Shown here: positions 28,280 to 37,696 of the stretch, in pieces
Layout of the letters: each line of letters starts with the position of its first letter
How positions within the stretch are numbered: the stretch's first letter is position 1
Assembly (NCBI GenBank): GCA_900299215.1
Contig: OMIY01000382.1
Span: forward strand, 10,206-74,205
Direction of reading: 5' to 3'
Source of the DNA: a bacterium
Lineage (GTDB): Bacteria; Bdellovibrionota_B; Oligoflexia; Oligoflexales; CAIYRB01
DNA: 64,000 nucleotides
Position numbers and translations under genes: made by a program
Notes under the pieces: generated by a model
Told to the model about the DNA's origin: nothing
The model's input: the letters and a program-made list of their open reading frames with translations, nothing else
The model's database searches: none

Positions 28280-29176
28280 ATGGAAGCAAGGCAATTTGAG
28301 CAATTAACTCGTGAAATAATGCAATTTTTTGAAGACTCGGATGTGGACGAGGTACTTGTGAATGGGGTGGCGTCTGCCTGCGCGGTGCAAGGAGACACCC
28401 TTAAGGCCATTCCCGCACCCTTTGAATCGATCAAAGACCTCACTTTATGGAGCCAACATTGGGCTCGTCGACTTGGGGTGCGGTTGGATCCTTTAGTCGG
28501 TGCTGCTGGAGGTAGCTTTGACGGTCAGAATTATCGTTGGCATTGTGTGATGCCACCTTTGGCACCTGACGGTCCACTTTTCAGCATTAGGCGACATCGA
28601 TTTGACCAGCTTGATTTAAGCCGGTTCGAAGTCGATTCGGACACGTTGAGCAAGCTTGAGGAGTCCATGATCAAGCGGGCCAATATACTCATCTGTGGTC
28701 CTACTGGCTCAGGCAAAACCTCCGTATTATCAACTTTGCTCCGGACGTATGCTGGTTCCGAACGTGTGATCTTAGTGGAATCATTGCCAGAGCTACCTTT
28801 ACCTACGCCCTTTTCAGCTCGCTTGATCGAGCGCCAGGCAAATCTTGAGCAGGTCGGAGCTTTCGGACTTGATCGGCTGCTTCGGGAGGCTCTACGTTTG
28901 CGGCCAGACCGCTTGGTTGTTGGGGAGGTAAGGGGGGCCGAAGCCGCTGTCTTATGCGAGGCTTTGCTTTCGGGGCACCAGGGGGTAATGGCGACAATCC
29001 ATGCGGCGACTTCCTCCGAGGCTGTTTCCAAACTTGGCATGTTGGCAGGGCTGACCTTGCGGGCCAGTTCTGCCTCTCGATGGTGCTCGATTCCAATCGG
29101 CGTTTTAAAGATGCAGCGTGGTTGCCCCCCTCGACTGGCTTCCCTTAGTCAGGAGGTCATCGTGCCAAGCGCTTAA
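28280..29176 (+). CDS. Compact T2SS/T4P/T4SS-family secretion ATPase (CpaF/VirB11-like), orphan
   Basis: Walker [12 protein letters not shown], Asp box [11 protein letters not shown], Walker B plus GEVRGAEA, His box [11 protein letters not shown]; 298 aa. Confidence 0.75.
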   Translation: MEARQFEQLTREIMQFFEDSDVDEVLVNGVASACAVQGDTLKAIPAPFESIKDLTLWSQHWARRLGVRLDPLVGAAGGSFDGQNYRWHCVMPPLAPDGPLFSIRRHRFDQLDLSRFEVDSDTLSKLEESMIKRANILICGPTGSGKTSVLSTLLRTYAGSERVILVESLPELPLPTPFSARLIERQANLEQVGAFGLDRLLREALRLRPDRLVVGEVRGAEAAVLCEALLSGHQGVMATIHAATSSEAVSKLGMLAGLTLRASSASRWCSIPIGVLKMQRGCPPRLASLSQEVIVPSA

Positions 29177-29244
29177 ACCTCTGTTATGATTCTGTTATGA
29201 TGTAGACTTGACGAGGTAAGTACCTGAGTAAACGGAGGCTAGCT

Positions 29245-29946
29245 TTGGCGCGACATGTAAAAATGCTATTGAGAGCTCTCATCAGCCTAGGTGCTTCAAG
29301 CTTCGCTTGGTCAGGGTTGGCTCTGGCCGAGGAGCCTCAAGCAGATGTAACTAGTTCGGGCGTAGTCAAGGAAAACGATGAGCAGGCTGCAGAGCGAAGA
29401 CGTCAACAGCGTGAGCCCATAACATTCGACCGCCATGAAAATAGCTTCGACATTAAGGCCACTAATTTATTCGGGCGACAGATCACTTCATCGTCGCAAA
29501 ACGTCCTTCTTGCCGCCCAGTGGAACTACCGTTTCCATACTGAGACTTTCGTCGGTATTAACATTGATGGAATGCTCACTCCATCCCGAGCCCCTACGTT
29601 GGATCAATCGGTACTTAAGTATTCAACTTACTCCGGTGGCGTAACCTTGGCTCAAAGCTTGTTCTCTTATCAGTCGTTCCGGGTTGTCATTAATGTTAAC
29701 GCCGGCGTAGGTGTGATCTATTTGCGCAATAATCCTTACGGAACTGACAAGTATACGCTTGAAAAACCAAGTTATAAATTTGTCGAACCAGGTGCGTTTG
29801 TGACCTTATTCGACCTAAGTGGAGTTCAGGTTGGGATCATGGGAAGTATGCGACGCGCTCAGCTGTTGAGTAAGGCAGCCTTGGTCCGCGATGATGACTT
29901 GACCTCGCGAACCATCGGCCTAACATTTCGAAGCATGCTGCATTAG
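29245..29946 (+). CDS. Hypothetical secreted, beta-strand-rich (outer-membrane-like) protein
   Basis: TTG start; signal peptide ...SGLALAEE; alternating hydrophobic pattern in the C-terminal two thirds. Confidence 0.45.
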   Translation: MARHVKMLLRALISLGASSFAWSGLALAEEPQADVTSSGVVKENDEQAAERRRQQREPITFDRHENSFDIKATNLFGRQITSSSQNVLLAAQWNYRFHTETFVGINIDGMLTPSRAPTLDQSVLKYSTYSGGVTLAQSLFSYQSFRVVINVNAGVGVIYLRNNPYGTDKYTLEKPSYKFVEPGAFVTLFDLSGVQVGIMGSMRRAQLLSKAALVRDDDLTSRTIGLTFRSMLH

Positions 29947-29959
29947 CGTGTTAAGTCAT

Positions 29960-29997
29960 AGGGCCTGCCGGACTCGGCAAAGCCCTGCAAACTTTTT
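29960..29997. terminator. Hairpin between convergent genes (possible terminator)
   Basis: GGGC-CT-GCCG-GACT-CGGC-AAA-GCCC followed by ...ACTTTTTT. Confidence 0.4.
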
Positions 29998-31746
29998 TCA
30001 GCGCTTGCCGATTCCAAAAAGTGTCTTAAGAAGCTTCATGATCATACCGAACATGGTCTTCGGCGAAGCGTCGCTTACAGGCGAAAGCTCTTGACCAAAT
30101 CCAGTTCGCTGTCCATGACGGGAGCCGTGCATCGAGCCTGCTGCTGCATGATTTGCGCCTAGATGAGTTCCCTCACCATCGCGGCCCCGGCCTCTGCGGC
30201 GTCTGCGCTTACCGTTGGCGTGTGGCTGTGCCGAACTATTCGCTGCAGAACCGTTACGTAGAGGCTGGCCCTCAAACTTGTTGCCCTTCGGTTTATGTTG
30301 AGGCCTACCATCACGGAAGCCACCAGCACGCTGATCGCGCTCTTTTCTTTCGCCTTTACGTTCCCGGTGGGCTTGATAGCGATCTTCGAATGGATTCCCA
30401 GCTTGGTCCACAATTTCTAGGTAACGACTTTCCGGCCATTTTGAATGCAGAGCAAGGGGCCCCAAGAGGCTATTAATTGCGGTCAGATTTTGTCCGTAAT
30501 CGTCACAAACTAAGGAGTAGGCGACACCTTTAGCTCCAGCCCTTGCGGTTCTGCCAATGCGGTGTACATAGTTGGCAGCGTCATCAGGTAGATCGAAGTT
30601 GTAGACGTGAGTGATCCTAGAAATATGCAAACCACGACTAGCCACATCGGTCGCAACCAGCGCTTTGATCTTACCATCTTTGATCTTGTGAATAAGGTTG
30701 ATGCGTTTTTTCTGTGGCAAATCGCCACTTATTAAGTCGGCATCAACACCATTGTGCTGCAGCTTGTAATAAAGCCATTCAGCTGTGAGTTTAGTGTTGG
30801 TGAAAATGATGGCGCAATCTGGTTTGTGATCTGCCAACAAACCTAGAAGCACGCGCAGCTTCTCAGTTGCGTGGCAATGGATGGCGTTTTGTTCAATTCT
30901 TTCCGGTGTGATCGTTTCGGGATTGACTGAGATGTACTCGGGATTTTCCAGGTACTCAAAGGCAAGCTCTTTGACTTGCTCGTTTGTGGTCGCTGAGAAC
31001 AAGAGTCTTTGAGCTGAAGTTGGAATTCGTTCTAGGAAATACTCAACATCTTCGATGAAACCCATGTCAAACATGCGATCGGCTTCATCACATACAAAGC
31101 AGGCGATGTCTTCAAGTTTGACGACCTTTTTTTGAATGAAGTCCTTGAGTCGTCCCGGTGTTGCAAAGATGACATCAACGCCGTCTGAGATCTCGCGCGC
31201 TTGCTTTTCGTAATCGATTCCACCGAATACGGCTAACGACTTGAGGCCCGACGTGGCAAACAGTTGCTCAGCATCCTGCTCACTCTGCATAGCTAGCTCG
31301 CGGGTGGGAGCTATGACGATTGCTCGCGGGACTCTGGGCTCAGAGGCTTTAGTGCTTAAAAGCTTGTTGAGAATGGTGATTAGGAATACGGCGGTCTTCC
31401 CAGTCCCAGTCTGAGCGAATCCTGCCACATCACGCGATCTGAGAGTGTATGGAAGGCAGAGCTTTTGCACTGGCGTGGGGACGTGCCAGCCCATGGTGGC
31501 GATGGCAGCAGCAATCTGTGGATGCAGGGGAAGATCGGCAAAGCTGTTTACTCCGAGGGCTGCTACCTCTGGACTCACGTCTTTTAGCGGTACTACCGGA
31601 CGCGGGCGCTCAACGACTTCGTCCTCGCTGCTGTCAATATTCGCGGCAAAATCACCACTCTCATCAGGGCTGAGATCGGAGGCTTCAGTGTCACTTTCCG
31701 GCTCGGAGTTACCTGCTGGGGGTGGGATAAGGTGTTCCATGGTCAA
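29998..31746 (-). CDS. DEAD-box ATP-dependent RNA helicase with an Arg/Gly-rich C-terminal tail
   Basis: AQTGTGKT, PTRELA, VCDEADRM (DEAD), SAT, HRIGRTARAG; C-terminal RRRRRGRGRDGEG tail. Confidence 0.9.
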   Translation of the reverse strand: MTMEHLIPPPAGNSEPESDTEASDLSPDESGDFAANIDSSEDEVVERPRPVVPLKDVSPEVAALGVNSFADLPLHPQIAAAIATMGWHVPTPVQKLCLPYTLRSRDVAGFAQTGTGKTAVFLITILNKLLSTKASEPRVPRAIVIAPTRELAMQSEQDAEQLFATSGLKSLAVFGGIDYEKQAREISDGVDVIFATPGRLKDFIQKKVVKLEDIACFVCDEADRMFDMGFIEDVEYFLERIPTSAQRLLFSATTNEQVKELAFEYLENPEYISVNPETITPERIEQNAIHCHATEKLRVLLGLLADHKPDCAIIFTNTKLTAEWLYYKLQHNGVDADLISGDLPQKKRINLIHKIKDGKIKALVATDVASRGLHISRITHVYNFDLPDDAANYVHRIGRTARAGAKGVAYSLVCDDYGQNLTAINSLLGPLALHSKWPESRYLEIVDQAGNPFEDRYQAHRERKGERKERDQRAGGFRDGRPQHKPKGNKFEGQPLRNGSAANSSAQPHANGKRRRRRGRGRDGEGTHLGANHAAAGSMHGSRHGQRTGFGQELSPVSDASPKTMFGMIMKLLKTLFGIGKR

Positions 31747-31860
31747 AAATTTCCCTTAAATTACAATTATTTGCAGTCGGAGGCCGCAGCATTTATGAAG
31801 TTGGGTGCCCTTGCTGCCGATATGCTCCTCAACCAAGCGGCTAAGTTAGTCACATGATCC

Positions 31861-32235
31861 ATGGGATGGTTACGGAACATGTCCGAACTCGATGAGAGCC
31901 AAAACGCTATCGAATCCGAGATGTCAGGTCTGCAACAAGAGGTGACTGTTTCACCTACTGCGGACGATAGACCGTCGACGGCTGAAGATACGCCAAAATT
32001 ATTAGAAAACCAAGAGAAACCGGCTCATGCGGCGGATGCACTTTTGACCAGATTGCGACATAGACAGCAGGTGGTCGATGAACTCCTGCGCGAGAAAGAA
32101 AGGTTGCAATTAGGTTACGTTACAAGCAAGACTCCAAAGTCCTTTTACTTGCGGTGGAAGGCCGAATGTAATCAGATCTTCTTCCTGAACGTCGGACTGA
32201 AGCGCCGACTCAAACGGGTAGCAGGGAAGAGCTGA
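31861..32235 (+). CDS. Hypothetical acidic/coiled-coil protein
   Basis: 124-aa ORF in an otherwise empty interval; no recognisable domain. Confidence 0.3.
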   Translation: MGWLRNMSELDESQNAIESEMSGLQQEVTVSPTADDRPSTAEDTPKLLENQEKPAHAADALLTRLRHRQQVVDELLREKERLQLGYVTSKTPKSFYLRWKAECNQIFFLNVGLKRRLKRVAGKS

Positions 32236-32293
32236 CAGGTTTGCCAGGGTATGCTTTAATCTGGCTAACATAGGAATAGAGGATCTAGGCAAC

Positions 32294-33130
32294 ATGAACG
32301 AGTCTCGCGTACTCCTGCGTGTGGCAGGTATTGTTATTCTAGCTTCATCGCTAACGGCCTGTATCACCCCTGGTGAAAAACGCGTCATGAAGGACGACAT
32401 CTATAGCGTTCAGATGCGACTTTTGAACCTCGAGCGTCTCCTTGCAGATACTAGTAAGGATGCAAAAAGTACTGGAGATTCAGCCACTAAACGGATTGCT
32501 TCGACCCAGGCTGAGCTGGAAAGAATGAGTCGAGAGCTTCAAATGATTCGTGGTGAGATTGATGCCTTGCGCGTCGGTGTCTTGACTGGACAATTGCCCG
32601 GCGCCGACCCTTCAGCTCAGGAGCATTCGGTTGCTAAGAATCTGAGCAAGTTGTCAGATCGCGTCGCAGCCGTCGAATCGGCGCAGGAAGACTTGATCGA
32701 CGTGCTCAAGAAAGCCGGCGTTAAGAGTGGAAAAAAAAAAGACAGTCGCAAGACAGTCACTGAGGTCGGCGAGCTCCAACGAGCATTTGAGGAAAAGCGT
32801 TACAAGCAGGTCATCGAAGACGGTGCGCACGTCGTTAAGCCGTCAAACTCCGATGAAAGTGAGCAAATCCAGTACCTTATAGCAGAAAGCCAGTTTCGGC
32901 TCGGCAACATCAAAGAGGCTGCCTTAAAGTTTAACGACTTTGTTGATTCTAAGCCCTCCTCGAAGTATTTAGCGATCGCCAAGTTGAGGCTTGGTGATTG
33001 TTTTAGGCACCTGGGCGATACGGCAACGTCAAACGTGTTCTACGAGGAACTTATAAAGGAGTTCCCGACCTCGGACGAGGCAGCCAAAGCACGAGAGCGA
33101 CTTGCCGAAGTTGTTACCGGCAACCGATAA
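32294..33130 (+). CDS. CpoB/YbgF-like protein (lipobox, coiled coil, YbgF-type TPR)
   Basis: LTAC lipobox; long coiled coil; C-terminal AFEEKRYKQVIED...LGDCFRHLGD...LIKEFPTSDEAAKARERL. Confidence 0.6.
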   Translation: MNESRVLLRVAGIVILASSLTACITPGEKRVMKDDIYSVQMRLLNLERLLADTSKDAKSTGDSATKRIASTQAELERMSRELQMIRGEIDALRVGVLTGQLPGADPSAQEHSVAKNLSKLSDRVAAVESAQEDLIDVLKKAGVKSGKKKDSRKTVTEVGELQRAFEEKRYKQVIEDGAHVVKPSNSDESEQIQYLIAESQFRLGNIKEAALKFNDFVDSKPSSKYLAIAKLRLGDCFRHLGDTATSNVFYEELIKEFPTSDEAAKARERLAEVVTGNR

Positions 33131-33144
33131 GGTGATTTGAGTTA

Positions 33145-34185
33145 GTGTTAGTTCTTGGAATTGAGTCGAGTTGTGATGAAACTGCCCTAGCCCTTGTCCG
33201 CGATGGCGTTGAGGTTGTAGGTTCACTAGTTGCATCGCAAGTGACTGTACATGCAAAATTTGGTGGAGTGGTCCCCGAAGTGGCTGCAAGGGAGCACCTT
33301 AAGGTGATCGCTCCTATGTTTAGGCAGTTGCTCGATTCGTCGAAAGTCCGGCCTACAGATATCGATCTAGTTGCTGTGACTCAGGGGCCTGGTTTGATAG
33401 GGGCGATACTTGTTGGGGTGGCCTACGCCAAAGGTGTCGCGCTTGCACTCGAACGTCCACTTATTCCGGTGGACCATGTGCATGCGCATATCCACGGTGC
33501 CATGCTGGGTGTCTCAGGGACGGAAGAGTTGGAATTTCCGTGTTTGGCCTTAGTGGTCTCTGGTGGGCACACCAACCTTTACCTCATGCGTAGTCCGGTC
33601 CACTTTAAATTACTGGCCTGCTCTATCGATGATGCGTGTGGTGAATGCTTTGACAAGGTGGCTAAGCTTTTGGAGCTGGGCTATCCAGGAGGGCCTCGTA
33701 TTGAGGCACTTGCAAGCCACGGGCGTGAAGGCGCGGTAGCGATGCCGCGCATGGTCAGTCAGCGGTCACGCCTTGAGTTCAGCTATTCTGGTCTAAAGAC
33801 ATTCATGGCTAACTATCTGCGTCAATCGGGACAGATGACTGATCAAGCTAAAGCGGACTTATGTGCCAGCTTCCAGGCTGAAGCCTTGGGCCAAATAGTA
33901 CGCAAGGTTCAAGAGGCCGAGAAACTGTATCCAGAGGCCAAGTCTGTCTTGGTCGCTGGTGGCGTAGCCGCTAATCAGAGATTTCGCCAGTTAATGTCTG
34001 AGCACGTGGGCCTTCCAGCGTACTTTCCCAAGTTAGATTACTGTTCCGATAACGCTGCGATGATTGCTGCGTATGGATATCACATTTACCAGAGCAAGCC
34101 TGACGATCGTGCCGCTTGGTTAAGCCACGACTGGGATGCTTACTCTCGTTATGATTTTGCAAAGGCGCTAAATGCGACGTCGTAA
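33145..34185 (+). CDS. tsaD: tRNA N6-adenosine threonylcarbamoyltransferase
   Basis: LGIESSCDETA, VDHVHAHI, VSGGHT, and GGVAAN motifs. Confidence 0.95.
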   Translation: MLVLGIESSCDETALALVRDGVEVVGSLVASQVTVHAKFGGVVPEVAAREHLKVIAPMFRQLLDSSKVRPTDIDLVAVTQGPGLIGAILVGVAYAKGVALALERPLIPVDHVHAHIHGAMLGVSGTEELEFPCLALVVSGGHTNLYLMRSPVHFKLLACSIDDACGECFDKVAKLLELGYPGGPRIEALASHGREGAVAMPRMVSQRSRLEFSYSGLKTFMANYLRQSGQMTDQAKADLCASFQAEALGQIVRKVQEAEKLYPEAKSVLVAGGVAANQRFRQLMSEHVGLPAYFPKLDYCSDNAAMIAAYGYHIYQSKPDDRAAWLSHDWDAYSRYDFAKALNATS

Positions 34186-34996
34186 GCAACCTGATCCCTT
34201 GCAGCAAAAAAAATCACTTAGCCAAGTTTTTCTCAAGGTTGATTGGCCGGTAAAGCGTATGGTCGCCCTTTTGACAGACTTAGGCGTCCAAAGAGTGATT
34301 GAAATAGGGCCAGGTGGAGGAGTGCTAACTCGCGCCATGGTCGATGCCGGCATGACTGTTACGGCAATTGAGAAAGACGAGCGATTTGCAGCTCACCTCC
34401 AAGGTCTCGTTGAGCTCTGGGAAAGTTTGAGCCCCGGTAAGTTACAGGTTCACAATGAAGATATACTTCGCTGTAACTTGGATCAGTTCCTGGATTCAAG
34501 TGGCGGTGCGTGCGCTTTAGTTGGAAACATCCCGTATCACATTTCTAGTCAAATTGTTCAGCTGGCCATCGAGAAACTCTCACGACTGCAAGTTGTGGTG
34601 CTCATGACTCAACTAGAATTTGCTGAGAGAGTTGCAGCTAAGTCAAATACCAAAGACTACGGTAGCTTGACTGTTTATGCGCAGCTAAGGTCAGCAGTTC
34701 AGCTTGAGTATACGGTACCTCGCGATTGTTTTCAGCCTGTGCCTAAAGTGGATAGTGCAGTTATGACTATCAAGCCAAAGGCCGAGAAAATATCAACGGA
34801 TACACTTGCGGCCACCGAGAAACTAACGCGGCTAGCTTTTTCTCAGCGGCGCAAGAAACTTAGCAACAGCTTGTCATCAGTGTTGACAGATATTGATCTG
34901 GCAAATAGCCCCGTAGATTTAGATCGACGGGCGGACGCGATCTCGCCGACTGATTTTGTAGCTTTAGCCGAGTGGCTGAATCCCAGTATCAGATAA
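34172..34996 (+). CDS. rsmA: 16S rRNA (adenine1518/1519-N6)-dimethyltransferase
   Basis: KKSLSQVFL (compare KKxxGQNFL), VIEIGPGGGVLT, GNIPYHISS, FQPVPKVDS. Confidence 0.9.
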   Translation: MRRRKQPDPLQQKKSLSQVFLKVDWPVKRMVALLTDLGVQRVIEIGPGGGVLTRAMVDAGMTVTAIEKDERFAAHLQGLVELWESLSPGKLQVHNEDILRCNLDQFLDSSGGACALVGNIPYHISSQIVQLAIEKLSRLQVVVLMTQLEFAERVAAKSNTKDYGSLTVYAQLRSAVQLEYTVPRDCFQPVPKVDSAVMTIKPKAEKISTDTLAATEKLTRLAFSQRRKKLSNSLSSVLTDIDLANSPVDLDRRADAISPTDFVALAEWLNPSIR

Positions 34997-35058
34997 ACAT
35001 CTCCGAGTTTTAATCGGGATTAGCGCTGGATGTAAGCAATATGGTAAATTAGAGCCAT

Positions 35059-36324
35059 ATGACCCGGCACTTAGTACTAAAATTCGTTGCTGCGATTCAG
35101 CTCATGGGCGCTGTACTTCAGAGCTCTGAAGCTTATGCGATCGATTTTATCCTCCCAGGAGTTGAAGCCAAAGCCGCAGCTGGCGCTGGGCAAACGGTGA
35201 GTCGCGGTGCATCATCGCTATTCTTTAACCCAGCAAACGTGATTCTGACGCAGAATTTCGAACCCGAAGCAGATTTGTCTTTTGCAAATATTACTTATTC
35301 CTATCAAAACGCCAACACAGGCGTATTTGAACCTGCGGTATTGGGAATTTCAACTCCTACGATGAGCTTTGGTTTAGGGTGGAGGGCCAAGCCAGACCTG
35401 GCCGTTGGGTTCGAGGTGCTGCCTCTTGGCCTTGGCTCTTCACAAGAATATTTTGGTGCTCCGGTTGAGCTTAGCCCTGGAAGTGTTCAAGCTTTGGATG
35501 TGAGTCGTAAAGAAATTGCGGCCAAGATTGCGGCTGGAGGTGCCTACCGATTTCTCAAAAGATTTACATTTGGTTTTGGCGTCATAGTTACAAGCGAACG
35601 ATCATCGCTCAGGACCAAAAATGCAGGAACTGAGAGAATAATGTCAGAAGCTAGCTATGTAGGGAAGTCTGTTCAGCCAAACCTCGGATTACGTCTGGAT
35701 ATAGGATACGGTGTGGTCTTAGGTTTTAGCTTTAAAACTTCGGTCACCCGTGCTTATCAAGGCACTTTTTCAGTAAATACAGCTAAGGAAGGTAGCGCAG
35801 AGGACTTCCAAATTGGTGAATACACAGGCAAGGCATTTGATCCATCGGTGCTAGGCGCTGGTGTCGAATGGCGGATTTTAAAATATGGATTTTTTGCTGA
35901 CTTTACCCGTAAGTTTTGGGCTTCTGGGCGTACCATAAGTAAAAGTGGTCTCGGTGCCGATCCGCGGGAAGTAGATCTCAAAAGCACAAATGATTTTGTT
36001 CTCGGTAGCAAGCTTTGGTTTGCCAACAATCATCTAGTTCAATTTGCGGTAGGATCTAACGCCGCAAACAGCGGCAACGGTAGTGTCATCGGAGCGGATA
36101 ATGCCACCAGAGACGTTGCAGGGGTGCAACTCGGGCAAATTGAGGCAATACCGCGAACAATTTTGTCTGGCGGATACAGTTACAAGATTGCTCCTGGGCG
36201 TCAATTTGAAACGGCCATGATGCTAGTTAATGGTCAGCGTGAGATTCCGGCTGCATATAACCAAGCTGGAATCTTTAAACTACGAGTGTTTATAACCACT
36301 GTTGGTTGCAACTTCGCTCTCTGA
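35059..36324 (+). CDS. Outer-membrane beta-barrel protein, FadL/OMPP1-like
   Basis: Signal peptide, SSLFFNPANV near the N-terminus, and repeated amphipathic beta-strand segments over 421 aa. Confidence 0.5.
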   Translation: MTRHLVLKFVAAIQLMGAVLQSSEAYAIDFILPGVEAKAAAGAGQTVSRGASSLFFNPANVILTQNFEPEADLSFANITYSYQNANTGVFEPAVLGISTPTMSFGLGWRAKPDLAVGFEVLPLGLGSSQEYFGAPVELSPGSVQALDVSRKEIAAKIAAGGAYRFLKRFTFGFGVIVTSERSSLRTKNAGTERIMSEASYVGKSVQPNLGLRLDIGYGVVLGFSFKTSVTRAYQGTFSVNTAKEGSAEDFQIGEYTGKAFDPSVLGAGVEWRILKYGFFADFTRKFWASGRTISKSGLGADPREVDLKSTNDFVLGSKLWFANNHLVQFAVGSNAANSGNGSVIGADNATRDVAGVQLGQIEAIPRTILSGGYSYKIAPGRQFETAMMLVNGQREIPAAYNQAGIFKLRVFITTVGCNFAL

Positions 36325-37257
36325 CTACTTCGCAATTTTCGACTGTTCGTATACCTTCAGTAGATTTTTTTCTACATCGCTCATAAGGCCTGTCGCGGCC
36401 TGCGCTGGAAATCCGAGATCATCGATGGCCACATCGCCAACGACCGTCAGGTATGTGCCACCATTTAGCTCAAAAAGAGCACTGATCAATTCGTTGTTTC
36501 TTACAGTGCTGGTGCCCTCTTTGAATGTTTGGGCATAAAGATAAAGTCCACGACCGAAATCAAAGTGATTCACCTGATACGAGTAAGAGGTAACTACTTG
36601 CAAAATGACAACGTTTCTCGACCAATCTTGGGTCATATCCCAGCCTCTGGACCAACCCTTGTCCGGATTTGAGATGATCGGCGTTGATGAAACAGTGACA
36701 TTTTGGGCGCCATCGGCAACAAGTCCCTGCTCTGCTATTTTCTTATCTCCCTGCCTTGGCCCTACAAGGTCGAAATGTGACTTAGCACTTATTGGTAGCT
36801 TAAGTGAACTGGCGTACGACCAACTGACTTGACCATCTTTGGAGACTATCTGGCCCAGGCCAGTTATGTTCGGACGACCGGTACCTGTATAGGCTTTGGC
36901 AATTAGGTCCGAAAACAATTGAGTGGGAGCATTTGCGGTACCGCAAAGGTTTGCAACCTGGGTGGCATGATCTTGGATTTTTACCAGTTTCGTGCCGGAA
37001 ATCTCCGAACACCAACTAACTAGGACGGCTGGAGGGTTACCACTTACCTGATTAGCGGATTGCGAACCGATTACGTTGGAAGCACCACCAGTCCCGACAG
37101 CGGGTTGGCCGACGCTGTTTGATGCACCGAGGGTGCTTCCGCTTTTGTTGGTATTGGTCCCTTTCTTTGAGGACTGCCCTGTACTGCAGGCAACCACCAG
37201 AGCGACCATCACCGCGGTGTATTGGGTACAATGCTGACGCAAGAAGCCCTCCGCCAA
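36325..37257 (-). CDS. Hypothetical lipoprotein
   Basis: Lipobox LVVACS followed by a Gly/Ser/Asn-rich linker; no recognisable domain. Confidence 0.45.
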   Translation of the reverse strand: MAEGFLRQHCTQYTAVMVALVVACSTGQSSKKGTNTNKSGSTLGASNSVGQPAVGTGGASNVIGSQSANQVSGNPPAVLVSWCSEISGTKLVKIQDHATQVANLCGTANAPTQLFSDLIAKAYTGTGRPNITGLGQIVSKDGQVSWSYASSLKLPISAKSHFDLVGPRQGDKKIAEQGLVADGAQNVTVSSTPIISNPDKGWSRGWDMTQDWSRNVVILQVVTSYSYQVNHFDFGRGLYLYAQTFKEGTSTVRNNELISALFELNGGTYLTVVGDVAIDDLGFPAQAATGLMSDVEKNLLKVYEQSKIAK

Positions 37258-37348
37258 TCGATAAACTAGTTATCGGCAGAGTTGGGGAGTTCCTTGAACA
37301 ACTATAAAATGGACCAATAATCCCAGTAATTTAAGGGATATTGGTAAA

Positions 37349-37424
37349 TGGTCGGGCCGGCGAGATTCGAACTCACGACCTCACGCACCCCAAGCGTGCG
37401 CGCTACCAACTGCGCTACGGCCCG
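37349..37424 (-). tRNA. tRNA-Pro (anticodon GGG), CCA encoded
   Basis: The reverse complement CGGGCCGTAGCGCAGTTGGTAGCGCGCACGCTTGGGGTGCGTGAGGTCGTGAGTTCGAATCTCGCCGGCCCGACCA folds as a cloverleaf. The anticodon loop is TTGGGGT. Confidence 0.9.
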
Positions 37425-37547
37425 TTTACCACGAAGTGACTTGGGACACTCTTGATGAAAAGAGAATTCCCCAGGGAATTTTGCTACTTATCACAGCAGG
37501 TCGGAATCGTCAACCCAAAGGCTCTAGGGACCCTAGGTCCTGGCTCG

Positions 37548-37577
37548 TTGCTGGGTGGGGTACCTAGGGGATATAAT
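37548..37577 (+). promoter_or_regulatory. Candidate sigma70 promoter for the 37697 operon
   Basis: TTGCTG (37548-37553), an 18-nt spacer, then a perfect TATAAT (37572-37577). It is flanked by CTAGGG(G)A repeats and palindromes at 37524-37540 and 37563-37571. Confidence 0.35.
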
Positions 37578-37696
37578 CTTATTAGTTAAATCTCGTCCGG
37601 ACTCCTAGCAGCGCATTCAGTCCTCCATTTACTCAGCCTCGATAAATCATTCGTTCCTATCTTCCCACATACAAGACGTTATCGGAGTTTTAGATC

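Noticed and set aside
28094-28303. 70-codon N-terminal extension of the aspS ORF
   Set aside because: Canonical AspS begins at M-x-x-x-x-H-x-CGQLR, here the ATG at 28093. The extension has no homology and would overlap the divergent ATPase gene start at 28280.
37455-37480. Hairpin AATTCCC-CA-GGGAATT followed by TTTT, considered as a possible terminator
   Set aside because: No + strand gene ends upstream of it (the flanking gene and tRNA are on the - strand), and the 2-nt loop is sterically poor. It is more likely incidental or part of the tRNA-Pro upstream region.
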